The position numbers and the translations under genes are program-made. A stretch of 36,038 bases of DNA from a virus, in UHGV virus genome UHGV-0132372, one strand, 5' to 3'. Below the pieces are notes generated by a model. The model saw nothing but the letters and a program-made list of their open reading frames with translations, searched no databases and had not been told where the DNA came from. Below are positions 8,357-16,465 of this stretch, one piece after another; the first letter of the stretch is position 1; each line of letters begins with the position of its first letter.

Positions 8357-8998
8357 TCAGGAGAATTTCATCATCATCTGCACTGCTACGCCGATTATCT
8401 TGCAGTTGCCGTCGATTGGGATCAACGGATAGGCAGGGTTAAGCCCTTTCAGGTATTTGTTACCGCCATCAATGATTAGCTTCTTGAACGTGGCTTCATT
8501 AGCATCTGTCAGCTTCGCAACTACCAGGCTTCCATTAACGGCTTCCTTTCCAGTGTCGAACAGAACCAGCATACCCTCAGGAACGCTAAGGCCGGTAGGA
8601 GCTGTCATTGAGTCGCCCTGAACCCTGAGCCAGAAGGCGTCACCGACAACGTGACAATCTGATTCATACCACTCATCCACTGCCTGAGGGTTGTACGGCT
8701 CTACGGCCTCACTCCATGCACCTGCGCTAACCCAGCTAATCAACGGAAACTTTTCCCCTGGCTTGTATTGTCCCTGATAGTTGTCGCCAAAAAGCAGTTC
8801 TGCCGGAGCGACGCCCAAAGCTTTAGCTATTACCTCTGCGTCATCAACACTAACGCTTCTGGTTCCTGATTCATAGTTGCCGATCCGAGATTGTGAAGCC
8901 CAGCCGCAAAGCTCCGCCAGCGCCTTCTGTGAAAGCCCTTTATCTTCCCGTAATCGCTTGATACGCGCGGCGATAGTTTCTGTTCTGTTCATGCGCAT
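8357..8998 (-). CDS. cI: CI/C2-type prophage repressor (HTH plus LexA/S24-like autocleavage domain)
   Basis: N-terminal HTH (LSQKALAELCGW...NYESG); C-terminal domain PLISWVSAGAW...VQGDSMTAP...VVAKL...ATFKKL matches the P22 C2 / lambda CI S24 domain; divergent from cro across the operator region. Confidence 0.85.
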   Translation of the reverse strand: MRMNRTETIAARIKRLREDKGLSQKALAELCGWASQSRIGNYESGTRSVSVDDAEVIAKALGVAPAELLFGDNYQGQYKPGEKFPLISWVSAGAWSEAVEPYNPQAVDEWYESDCHVVGDAFWLRVQGDSMTAPTGLSVPEGMLVLFDTGKEAVNGSLVVAKLTDANEATFKKLIIDGGNKYLKGLNPAYPLIPIDGNCKIIGVAVQMMMKFS

Positions 8999-9003
8999 TT
9001 TAT

Positions 9004-9069
9004 ATCACATTCCGTGGTTTAAGGCTTTACACGATTTGTGTTGACTATCAATCACAATATGTGTTTAAT
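9004..9069 (+). promoter_or_regulatory. oR operator repeats and pR promoter
   Basis: Three ATCACA-N4-GTG-type repeats (9004..9016, 9030..9042 inverted, 9052..9064); TTGACT (9041..9046), 17-nt spacer, TTTAAT; AAGGAA RBS for cro follows. Confidence 0.55.
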
Positions 9070-9102
9070 AAAGACTGAGTGAACTAGCTCTTAAGGAAAC
9101 CT

Positions 9103-9318
9103 ATGAACAACATTGCCAACGAACGGAAAAAGCTTGGCATCACTCAATCTGCGTTAGCAGGCGCGTGTGGCTGGAACCAGTCCCGCTTAGCTAACTACGA
9201 GTCAGGTATCCGGACTCCAGATTTAGAGTCGTGCCGTCGCCTGGTAAAGGCGCTGAATAAATTGGGGAGCAAGACAACGCTAGATGGCTTGTTCCCGCCG
9301 GAACACAAAGCCGCTTAA
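9103..9318 (+). CDS. cro: Cro-like HTH repressor
   Basis: 71 aa; HTH LGITQSALAGACGWNQSRLANYESG resembles the repressor HTH; divergent from cI. Confidence 0.7.
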   Translation: MNNIANERKKLGITQSALAGACGWNQSRLANYESGIRTPDLESCRRLVKALNKLGSKTTLDGLFPPEHKAA

Positions 9319-9326
9319 GACATTCC

Positions 9327-9358
9327 CGCTCTTACACATCCCCGCCCTGAAAAAGGGC
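9327..9358 (+). promoter_or_regulatory. nutR (boxA CGCTCTTAC, boxB GCCCTGAAAAAGGGC)
   Basis: Direct match to the lambda nutR boxA and boxB sequences between cro and cII. Confidence 0.85.
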
Positions 9359-9437
9359 ATCAAATTAAACCACACCTATGGTGTATGCATTTATTTGCAT
9401 ACATTCAATCAATTGTTATCTAAGGAAATACTTACAT

Positions 9438-9731
9438 ATGGTTCGTGCAAACAAACGCAACGAGGCTCTACGAATCGAGAGTGCGTTGCTTAACAAAATC
9501 GCAATGCTTGGAACTGAGAAGACAGCGGAAGCTGTGGGCGTTGATAAGTCGCAGATCAGCAGGTGGAAGAGGGATTGGATTCCAAAGTTCTCAATGCTGC
9601 TTGCTGTTCTTGAATGGGGCGTCGTCGACGACGATATGGCTCGATTGGCACGACAAGTTGCTTCGATTCTCACCAATAAAAAACGCCCGGCGGCAACCGA
9701 GCGTTCTGAACAAATCCAGATGGAATTTTAA
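9438..9731 (+). CDS. cII: transcriptional activator CII
   Basis: Translation MVRANKRNEALRIESALLNKIAMLGTEKTAEAVGVDKSQISRWKRDWIPKFSMLLAVLEWGV... matches lambda CII essentially end to end; ATG at 9438 (the ORF-track start at 9378 is an upstream extension). Confidence 0.9.
   Translation: MVRANKRNEALRIESALLNKIAMLGTEKTAEAVGVDKSQISRWKRDWIPKFSMLLAVLEWGVVDDDMARLARQVASILTNKKRPAATERSEQIQMEF
9675..9703 (-). terminator. oop-type antisense terminator (to) inside the cII 3' end
   Basis: Plus strand AATAAAAAACGCCCGGCGGCAACCGAGCG is the reverse complement of the lambda oop RNA 3' hairpin and U-tract. Confidence 0.55.
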
Positions 9732-9752
9732 CTGCTTTCTATGGAGTTAATT

Positions 9753-10553
9753 ATGGCAAAAAAACCTACACCAGACCAGGTAAAAAAGATTCGTTCCGGC
9801 ATTACCAAGAAAATACGGTTTGAGGTTTTCAAGCGCGATGGCTTCAAATGCCAGTACTGTGGGAGTTCTGCGCCAGACGTCATCCTTCATGTCGACCATA
9901 TCAACCCAGTTAGCAAGGGTGGCGATAACGACATGATGAACCTTATTACTTCTTGCGATAGTTGTAATGGCGGGAAAAGCGACAAACTGCTCAGCGATAA
10001 CTCAATAATGGAAAAGCAAAGGCAGCAACTCCAGGAACTTAATACCAAGCGAGAGCAACTGGAGATGATGATCAAGTGGCGAGATGGTCTTAAGAGCCTG
10101 AAAGACGATGTTGTTGATATTGTCGCTACCAAAATTGACGACTGCATTGCGCCATTTACTGTTAATGACAATGGGCGAAAATCTATCAAGAGATGGCTTC
10201 GAATATATAAGCTTGAAGAAATCCTCGATGCGATTGAGATTGCTGCAGACAAAAAACTCACCCAAGAAATAACCCATGAGCTTACTGGTGAATTCTTTGA
10301 GTACATCCCTCGCATAGCAGCGACAAAAAGAAAACCGCCAAAAGAACAAAGGATTCTATACATCAGAGGAATCCTTAAAAACCGCATATATATCAATCAA
10401 AACCATGTAATGAGTTATCTCAAGGCATGGCTTTCATACGACTTAGATCTCGATGAACTTACTGAGTTTGCGAAAACAGTACCTAACTGGACAACGTTCA
10501 AGGAGTGGGTATCTGAACGCATTCGTGAAGCTCAGGAAGAACTCCCGTACTAA
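9753..10553 (+). CDS. HNH endonuclease-domain protein (N-terminal HNH, unknown C-terminal domain)
   Basis: Motif FKCQYCGSSAPDVILHVDHINPVSKGGDNDMMNLITSCDSCN; GGAG RBS before the ATG at 9753 (alternative ATG at 9741); sits where lambda has the start of O. Confidence 0.65.
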   Translation: MAKKPTPDQVKKIRSGITKKIRFEVFKRDGFKCQYCGSSAPDVILHVDHINPVSKGGDNDMMNLITSCDSCNGGKSDKLLSDNSIMEKQRQQLQELNTKREQLEMMIKWRDGLKSLKDDVVDIVATKIDDCIAPFTVNDNGRKSIKRWLRIYKLEEILDAIEIAADKKLTQEITHELTGEFFEYIPRIAATKRKPPKEQRILYIRGILKNRIYINQNHVMSYLKAWLSYDLDLDELTEFAKTVPNWTTFKEWVSERIREAQEELPY

Positions 10554-10564
10554 AGGTGGACAAA

Positions 10565-11452
10565 ATGGCACGTTCAAGAAATATCAAACCAGGCTTTTTC
10601 ACCAATGATGAATTAGCTGAGTGTTCTCCATATGCCCGTCTCCTTTTTGCCGGGTTATGGACTATTGCTGACAAAGAAGGGCGGTTGGATGATCGCCCAA
10701 AGAAAATTAAAGCAATGGTACTGCCTTTCGATGATGTGGACTGCAATGATCTGCTTCAGCAACTTCACAGTCACAAATTCATCAATCGATATCAGGTAAA
10801 TGGCGGCTCATATATCCAAATCAATAACTGGAAAAAGCACCAGAACCCTCACTGCAAAGAAGCGGCCAGTGAGATACCAGAACCAGTAGAGAATAATAAC
10901 AGCATCCTGCAAGTACAGTGCAAGGACGATAAAGAGGAAGAGAAGGAGGATACAGAATCACTTCAAGTCATTGAAAACAATGAAGCACCAGAAAAGCACC
11001 ATGCAAGTACAGTGCAAGAACAAGTTGAGAACAGTTTAAATCCTGCTGATTCCCTTAACCTGATTCCTGATTCCCTTAACCTGATTCCTGATTCCCTTTC
11101 TAACACCCAAGCCGCTGACGCGACTTGTGAAGGGGGTGGGGCTGATGTCCATAAAATTTCAAGTCGCTATGCATTCGAAGGAAATATCGTTCGGTTAAAC
11201 CACAAGGATTACGAAGCATGGAAGCGCCTGTATCCGAACATTGACCTGAATTACGAGCTGGAAAGGCTGGATATCGAATTTAGCCATGAGAAGCCAAAGA
11301 ACTGGTTTATCACTGCCAGCCAGAAACTCAGCTACCAGAACAAGCAGGCGTTATCCAGACCGGTACGCAAGGTTGCTAATGGACTTAAGGCTGAAAACTT
11401 TGCCACCAAGGATTACGGACAAACTGAAATGCCTTCATGGGCGCAGGAGTGA
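10565..11452 (+). CDS. putative replication initiator / replisome organiser
   Basis: Position between cII and the DnaC-like loader; AAAGGTGGA RBS; internal iteron-like DNA repeats encode a DSLNLIPDSLNLIPDSL linker. Confidence 0.55.
   Translation: MARSRNIKPGFFTNDELAECSPYARLLFAGLWTIADKEGRLDDRPKKIKAMVLPFDDVDCNDLLQQLHSHKFINRYQVNGGSYIQINNWKKHQNPHCKEAASEIPEPVENNNSILQVQCKDDKEEEKEDTESLQVIENNEAPEKHHASTVQEQVENSLNPADSLNLIPDSLNLIPDSLSNTQAADATCEGGGADVHKISSRYAFEGNIVRLNHKDYEAWKRLYPNIDLNYELERLDIEFSHEKPKNWFITASQKLSYQNKQALSRPVRKVANGLKAENFATKDYGQTEMPSWAQE
11047..11095 (+). repeat. iteron-like direct repeats (TGATTCC x5; 21-bp unit TGATTCCCTTAACCTGATTCC x2) - candidate ori
   Basis: Direct repeats visible in the sequence, inside the initiator gene as in lambda ori within O. 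Confidence 0.5.
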
Positions 11453-11454
11453 AC

Positions 11455-12300
11455 ATGACGCTGGATGAAAAGATCTCCCAACTGGAGAAAAAACTTGCAG
11501 AATTGAGTTCTCCGCCAATTGCTATCGAGCATACAGCTGTAGAAATTGGCACTGGCATCTGTGAAAAACACGGTGAGTTTGAGCAGCGTAACCGTTACTC
11601 GACTGGGCCAATTAAGTTTGCCTCAAGACCTAGCGAATGCCCGGAATGCATGAGAGATGAGCTTATTCGGCTACAGGCAGAGAAGATTAAAATCGACGAA
11701 GAATCACGTAAGCGCAATGTCGAATTTCTGTTGAATAATCTTGATATTCCTGAACGATTCAAGGGTTGCACACTACAGAACTACGAGCCAGTCAACGACG
11801 ATGCAAAGAGAGTGCTCAGGGTGTGTCAGGCATACGCCAGCAAATGGCCTGAGAGGTTACAGAAAGGCGGTGGGCTGGTTATGTGTGGAAAGCCTGGTAC
11901 TGGAAAGAATCATCTTGCACTGGCTATCGCCCGGCACGCAATTACGGAACATCAAAGCTCAGCTATTTTCACAACGGCGCTGAAAATTGCCAGAGAATAT
12001 AAATCAACATGGTCGAAAAACTCCACCCGCACTGAGGATGAAGTGATCCGACAGTTCACTAAACCTGACCTGCTAATTATCGATGAGGTTGGTGTGCAGT
12101 TTGGAAGCGAGGCGGAAAAGATGATCATGTTCGAAATCATCAACACCCGCTACGAGCGCATGAAGCCAACAATCCTGATTAGTAATCAGAGCAAAGATGA
12201 ACTTTCGGCATTCATTGGTGAGCGTGTTATTGACAGGATGAATGATGGCGGAGGGTGCACTCTTGCGTTTACATGGGATAGTTACAGGAGCAGATCGTGA
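11455..12300 (+). CDS. DnaC-like helicase loader (IstB-like AAA+ ATPase)
   Basis: Walker A GKPGTGKNHLALAIA and Walker B LLIIDEVG; GGAGTGA RBS before the ATG at 11455 (the ORF track starts at 11437). Confidence 0.8.
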   Translation: MTLDEKISQLEKKLAELSSPPIAIEHTAVEIGTGICEKHGEFEQRNRYSTGPIKFASRPSECPECMRDELIRLQAEKIKIDEESRKRNVEFLLNNLDIPERFKGCTLQNYEPVNDDAKRVLRVCQAYASKWPERLQKGGGLVMCGKPGTGKNHLALAIARHAITEHQSSAIFTTALKIAREYKSTWSKNSTRTEDEVIRQFTKPDLLIIDEVGVQFGSEAEKMIMFEIINTRYERMKPTILISNQSKDELSAFIGERVIDRMNDGGGCTLAFTWDSYRSRS

Positions 12301-12587
12301 CTGGAAAAGAAATCATCCTGGAATATCTGAAAACTCATGAACAATTCTCCCCACATGAATTAGCACTGATCACCGGAATACCAAATAACAGAATCGCTCA
12401 AGCAGCAAGGCATATGGTGAAACAAGGACATTTGAGTGTTGTTGAGCGTAAGTGGAAGACGGTTATTTATGCAAAACGCAAAGTGAAGAAGGAGCCAATT
12501 AAAAGAAATCCAGATGGTACGGGGTGGGGATGTGCAAATCCAATGACGGCGTTTATTAATAGGGCGCTTATGGAGGTAAGGCAATGA
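12297..12587 (+). CDS. hypothetical protein (96 aa, GTG start coupled to the upstream stop)
   Basis: GTGA overlap; AGGAG RBS. Confidence 0.45.
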   Translation: MTGKEIILEYLKTHEQFSPHELALITGIPNNRIAQAARHMVKQGHLSVVERKWKTVIYAKRKVKKEPIKRNPDGTGWGCANPMTAFINRALMEVRQ

Positions 12588-12611
12588 CCATCTACATCAC
12601 TGAGCTAATAA

Positions 12612-12641
12612 CAGGCCTGCTGGTAATCGCAGGCCTTTTTA
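12612..12641 (+). terminator. intrinsic terminator (tR2-like position)
   Basis: AGGCCTGC-loop-GCAGGCCT hairpin followed by TTTTTATTT. Confidence 0.65.
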
Positions 12642-12673
12642 TTTGGGGGAGAGGGAATTGGAGGCTTTAAGAA

Positions 12674-12889
12674 ATGAGTACGATAGCTGAGCTTGTCAGG
12701 GCTAATTTTCGTGAAGAGTTGGTGCGTTGGTATCGGTATCGTTCATCGTCCAGTTTGCCGATTGATGAGTTGTATGAGCATTCACCTGCTGCACGACGCT
12801 ATCCGCGTGACCGTGTTCTTCGACGGTTGTCCAAACTCAACAATGAGTTTCAGCGCAACAGAATTATTCGGAGTCTGGATTTAAAGTAA
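12674..12889 (+). CDS. hypothetical protein (71 aa)
   Basis: ORF track entry in the nin region. Confidence 0.4.
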   Translation: MSTIAELVRANFREELVRWYRYRSSSSLPIDELYEHSPAARRYPRDRVLRRLSKLNNEFQRNRIIRSLDLK

Positions 12890-12899
12890 ATGAGTGAGC

Positions 12900-13106
12900 A
12901 TGACAAATCAGCAGCAAATAGAGTTCATCCTTGAGCAGATTCGAAAAATGCGAGAAAAGAACCAGCCAGACATGATGGAAATATGGAGACGCCAGCAGGA
13001 AGAATACCGCAAGCATATTTTTGGTGAGAGAAAACAGGATGACTGGAGCCTATATGGCTATGGCACCAGGACAAATAAAAACGGATATAGCCTTTACACA
13101 TATTGA
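12900..13106 (+). CDS. hypothetical protein (68 aa)
   Basis: ATG at 12900 within ORF-track entry 12894..13106. Confidence 0.4.
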   Translation: MTNQQQIEFILEQIRKMREKNQPDMMEIWRRQQEEYRKHIFGERKQDDWSLYGYGTRTNKNGYSLYTY

Positions 13107-13114
13107 GGAATTCC

Positions 13115-13468
13115 ATGAAACAGACAATTTTCCTCAGGAGTAAGCAACAACAGCAAGCCGCAATCACCGCCATCCTCGCAACACCACTCGATAAAGACAA
13201 GCCAGTTACCATCCGCATTACTGACTACAAGCGCAACCTTGACCAGAACGCAAAATTTCACGCGATGCTGGCGGATATCGCAAGTCAGGTTCAATGGTGC
13301 GGCAAATGGTTAAAACCAGAACAATGGAAGGTTTTGTTGATAAGCGGTCATGCAGTGGCAACAAAGCAGGAAGCTGATGTTTTGCCCGGGCTTGAAGGCG
13401 AATACGTCAACATTCGCGAAAGTAGCGCGCAGATGAGCGTGAAGCGCATGGCAAGCCTGATTGAGTAA
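13115..13468 (+). CDS. ninB: NinB recombination protein
   Basis: Similarity to lambda NinB (…RSLDQN.K..A.L.D...QV.W.G.WL....WK…); GAGG RBS before the ATG at 13115. Confidence 0.8.
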   Translation: MKQTIFLRSKQQQQAAITAILATPLDKDKPVTIRITDYKRNLDQNAKFHAMLADIASQVQWCGKWLKPEQWKVLLISGHAVATKQEADVLPGLEGEYVNIRESSAQMSVKRMASLIE

Positions 13469-13521
13469 ACGACAGCATGGGCTATTGGTCAGGGTGTCAG
13501 ATTTACCGACAGGAGGTACGA

Positions 13522-13704
13522 ATGAGACGACAGCGACGAAGCATCACCGACATCATCTGCGAAAACTGCAAATACCTTCCAACGAAACGCTCCAGAAATA
13601 AACGCAAGCCAATCCCAAAAGAATCTGACGTAAAAACCTTCAACTACACGGCTCACCTGTGGGATATCCGGTGGCTTAGAGAACGTGCGAGGAAAACAAG
13701 GTGA
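13522..13704 (+). CDS. ninE: NinE
   Basis: [23 protein letters not shown]...[13 protein letters not shown] matches lambda NinE; AGGAGGT RBS. Confidence 0.8.
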   Translation: MRRQRRSITDIICENCKYLPTKRSRNKRKPIPKESDVKTFNYTAHLWDIRWLRERARKTR

Positions 13705-13871
13705 TTGACCAAAATCGAAGTTACGAACAAGAAAGCGTCGAGCGAGCTTTAACGTGCGCTAACTGCGGTCAGAAGCTGCATGTGCTGGAAGTTCACGTGT
13801 GTGAGCACTGCTGCGCAGAACTGATGAGCGATCCGAATAGCTCAATGTACGAGGAAGAAGACGATGAGTGA
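13701..13871 (+). CDS. ninF: NinF (GTG start)
   Basis: Not in the ORF track (56 aa); [49 protein letters not shown] matches lambda NinF; GTGA overlap with the ninE stop. Confidence 0.7.
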   Translation: MIDQNRSYEQESVERALTCANCGQKLHVLEVHVCEHCCAELMSDPNSSMYEEEDDE

Positions 13872-14373
13872 TGTTAAAGAAAAAGATATCCCCGGCTTTG
13901 AGGGTATATATAAAGTAACTGAAAATGGAGACATCATTTCATGCCGTAAATCAAAAAAATTATCTCATGGCATTAAACCAGGAGGATATGCATTTGTCGG
14001 TCTGTATCCAGGTGGCGGGAAAAGACCATCATATAAAATGGTTCACAGAATTGTTGCAGAAGTATTTATTGATAACCCAGATGGCAAACCGGAAGTTAAT
14101 CACAAGGATGGAAATAAACTTAATAATAAAGTTGAAAATCTTGAGTGGGTAACGCGAACAGAAAATGCGAAACATGGATTTGATTCCGGATTGCTTGTTC
14201 ATGGGTTTAATCATCACTTCTGCAAACTAACGCCAGAACAAGTGAAATCAATATATAAATCAAAAGGCAAATACAGAGATATAGCCAAAGAATTTGGTGT
14301 TTGTGCGCAGACAGTGTGCAACATAAAAAACAAATCAGCGTACCGACGTTTTTTGGAGGGGATTGATGTTTAG
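13864..14373 (+). CDS. HNH homing endonuclease (NUMOD4/HNH_3-type) inserted in the nin region
   Basis: IPGFEGIYKVTENG...VHRIVAEVF...NHKDGNKLNNKVENLEWVTRTEN; AT-rich compared with its flanks; paralogous to 26602..27186. Confidence 0.8.
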   Translation: MSDVKEKDIPGFEGIYKVTENGDIISCRKSKKLSHGIKPGGYAFVGLYPGGGKRPSYKMVHRIVAEVFIDNPDGKPEVNHKDGNKLNNKVENLEWVTRTENAKHGFDSGLLVHGFNHHFCKLTPEQVKSIYKSKGKYRDIAKEFGVCAQTVCNIKNKSAYRRFLEGIDV

Positions 14374-14641
14374 AAGCAAAAAATGGCTTCAGGCAGTCAG
14401 GGATATTGAATTTTGCGTTCTTTGCGGAAGATACGGAGTTCAGGCCGCTCATAGAAATGAAGGGAAGGGGGTTGGGATTAAAGTAGATGATTGCCTTACT
14501 GCTGCGCTATGTGTTGATTGTCATTCAAGAATTGATAATGGGAGAGATATGAGCAGGGAAGAGCGAAGGGCTGAAATGGATCGGGCCATTGTGCTTACCC
14601 TTAAAAAATTGGTTAACAATGGGAGGGTGTTTGTCCAATGA
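14366..14641 (+). CDS. YbcO-like (DUF1364) Cys/His-rich putative nuclease
   Basis: CVLCG...AHRNEG...CLTAALCVDCH motif; position immediately upstream of rusA, as in DLP12-type prophages. Confidence 0.55.
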   Translation: MFRSKKWLQAVRDIEFCVLCGRYGVQAAHRNEGKGVGIKVDDCLTAALCVDCHSRIDNGRDMSREERRAEMDRAIVLTLKKLVNNGRVFVQ

Positions 14642-15000
14642 ACGAATATCAGTTTGTGCTTCCATACCCGCCGTCGGTGAACACCTACTGGCGAAGACGG
14701 GGAAGCCAATACTACATCAGCGATAAAGGCCAGAAATACCGAAAAGATGTACAGCAAATAATCCGCCAACTCAAGTTAGACATTTTCACCAAATCACGAC
14801 TCCGCATCAAAGTCATCGCAGACGTTCCAGACTCCCGCCGCCGCGACCTCGACAACATCCTGAAGGGTTTACTCGACTCCCTTATCCACGCCGGATTTGC
14901 GGAAGACGACGAGCAATTCGATGAAATTCGCGTAATTCGTGGTGTGAAAGTACCAGGCGGACGGCTTGGAATAAAAATCACTGAACTGGAGAACGTATGA
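14638..15000 (+). CDS. rusA: RusA Holliday-junction resolvase
   Basis: LPYPPSVNTYWRRRG...VPDSRRRDLDNILKGLLDSL...GGRL matches RusA family motifs including the catalytic Asp cluster. Confidence 0.9.
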   Translation: MNEYQFVLPYPPSVNTYWRRRGSQYYISDKGQKYRKDVQQIIRQLKLDIFTKSRLRIKVIADVPDSRRRDLDNILKGLLDSLIHAGFAEDDEQFDEIRVIRGVKVPGGRLGIKITELENV

Positions 15001-15185
15001 ACGCCACAATTCAAACGATACCAGAGCTTCTTATCCAGACACGAGGCAATCAGACCGAAGTGGCGAGGATGCTTTCCTGCGCAAGAGGAACAGTGCTCAA
15101 GTACAACCGAGACAGCAAAGGCGAGCGTCACGTAATAGTTAACGGCGTCCTGATGGTCAAACAGGGCAAGAGGGGAAGACGATGA
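14997..15185 (+). CDS. ninH: NinH
   Basis: TIPELLIQTRGNQTEVARMLSCARGTVLKYNRD...HVIVNGVLMV matches lambda NinH; ATGA overlap with rusA. Confidence 0.8.
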   Translation: MNATIQTIPELLIQTRGNQTEVARMLSCARGTVLKYNRDSKGERHVIVNGVLMVKQGKRGRR

Positions 15186-15670
15186 GCATAAGAGAAATAA
15201 ACCTCACCAAAGAACAGCACGATTGGCTGAATGGCTGGCTTGAACTGTGGGGCGCATGGGTTTATTCAGGTCGTCTGGAAAAGCGCATGAGCAGCGTAAT
15301 AGCGAAGTTCATGGAGAGCGTAGAGCCGGGAAGAGTTATGACAAGGCCAATGTGTAATGATGATGATGGAATGTTGATTTCTCAGGTCGTCGATTCCGTC
15401 ATGTGCATTGACAAGAAAGCCTTTGGAATCCTCCTCAGCTACTACGCTCATGGCTCTTCCAAGCACGCCATTGCATCTTACTATCATCGCGTCGCAAGAC
15501 CTCGCAAGATGTTATGCCGGGGCGGCGGGCGCATTCAAAAACCATCGCTCGCAACCTGTCGCCGGGAAGTTGACGAAATCCTCAATGCCTCGTTGTTTAT
15601 GATTTATCCGGTTCTGGATAGTGCGTTTAAAAACCGGAAACGTGTAGAGAAAATTAAACATGTAGCATAG
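15182..15670 (+). CDS. late-gene antiterminator Q (non-lambda Q family)
   Basis: Position between ninH and the lysis cassette; Cys-containing ~160-aa protein that I recall as resembling the Phage_antitermQ type; followed by a tR'-like terminator. Confidence 0.7.
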   Translation: MSIREINLTKEQHDWLNGWLELWGAWVYSGRLEKRMSSVIAKFMESVEPGRVMTRPMCNDDDGMLISQVVDSVMCIDKKAFGILLSYYAHGSSKHAIASYYHRVARPRKMLCRGGGRIQKPSLATCRREVDEILNASLFMIYPVLDSAFKNRKRVEKIKHVA

Positions 15671-15715
15671 AACGTGTTGATATCATTGAGCAAATGAGCA
15701 ACACTATTCGCATAA

Positions 15716-15758
15716 GCTGCCGTTAGTGACTCTTAAGTTGCAACGGTGGCTTTTTTTT
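15716..15758 (+). terminator. tR'-like terminator of the short late leader transcript
   Basis: Hairpin followed by T8; downstream context CTTGCACAACAGGTAAGAGCATTGA resembles the lambda sequence just after tR' as I recall it. Confidence 0.5.
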
Positions 15759-16009
15759 GCTTGCACAACAGGTAAGAGCATTGAACCCGCAGACCTCGCG
15801 GAATTGGTGAAAGGTGCCGCGCAGTGCAATTATCGTTGTGGTGAATGCGCAGGCTGATGCGCTAACTTATCAGCTAGATGGTGAGGTAAAGGCTCACCAT
15901 GGCGACGACGGGTAGTTCATTTACATGCCGGAAAACACAGCACCGGTCACCACACACCAAATACATACCAGGACCATAAGAGCAAAAGCTCAACGCACTA
16001 CCCTCTATT

Positions 16010-16035
16010 GCCCACCGCGCCGTGGGCTTTTTTAT
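16010..16035 (+). terminator. stem-loop with U-tract upstream of the holin gene
   Basis: GCCCAC-CGCGCC-GTGGGC hairpin followed by TTTTTTATT. Confidence 0.45.
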
Positions 16036-16141
16036 TGCAGGCCGCAGATATCATTTTCAGATGCCATGTAGCAATCAGAGTCTGACGGCCTTTCCCCTAC
16101 AAACACACACAGCACCATCCGGAAAATCGGAGGTGAGGCCT

Positions 16142-16465
16142 ATGAAAATGCCATACAAACAAGATTTCATCGCTGCGCTACTTGCCGCCAAGGAGCAGGG
16201 TATTGGTGCAATGCTGGCTTTTATCATGGCGTATCTGCGTGGTCGCTATAACGGCGGCGCGGTAACAAAAACGCTAATTGATGCGCTGATGTGCGCGATG
16301 ATTGCCTGGTTCGTTCGTGACCTTCTGGACTTTATCGGCCTGAGCAGCAACCTCGCCTACATAGCCAGCGTCTTTATTGGATACATCGGCACCGATTCGA
16401 TCGGCAATCTTATTAAAAAACTTGCAGCAAAAAAGGCGGGAGTTGACGATGCAAACCAGTCCTGA
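16142..16465 (+). CDS. S: holin S (class I, lambda-type, dual-start Met1-Lys2-Met3)
   Basis: [39 protein letters not shown]...WFVRDLLDF matches lambda S; GGAGGTGA RBS; the ORF-track start at 16022 is an upstream extension. Confidence 0.9.
   Translation: MKMPYKQDFIAALLAAKEQGIGAMLAFIMAYLRGRYNGGAVTKTLIDALMCAMIAWFVRDLLDFIGLSSNLAYIASVFIGYIGTDSIGNLIKKLAAKKAGVDDANQS

Noticed and set aside
9284-9437. Upstream extension of the cII ORF and the overlapping 69-aa ORF
   Set aside because: The region is the lambda-like nutR/tR1/cII leader; cII starts at the ATG at 9438 with a conserved context.
15760-16140. Possible tRNA or toxin cargo between Q and the holin, as in Stx phages
   Set aside because: No cloverleaf-like segment or ORF seen; the length and sequence context resemble the lambda late leader region.
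16022-16141. Extended holin ORF starting at 16022
   Set aside because: The extension overlaps the terminator hairpin; the conserved lambda-type Met-Lys-Met start with RBS is at 16142.
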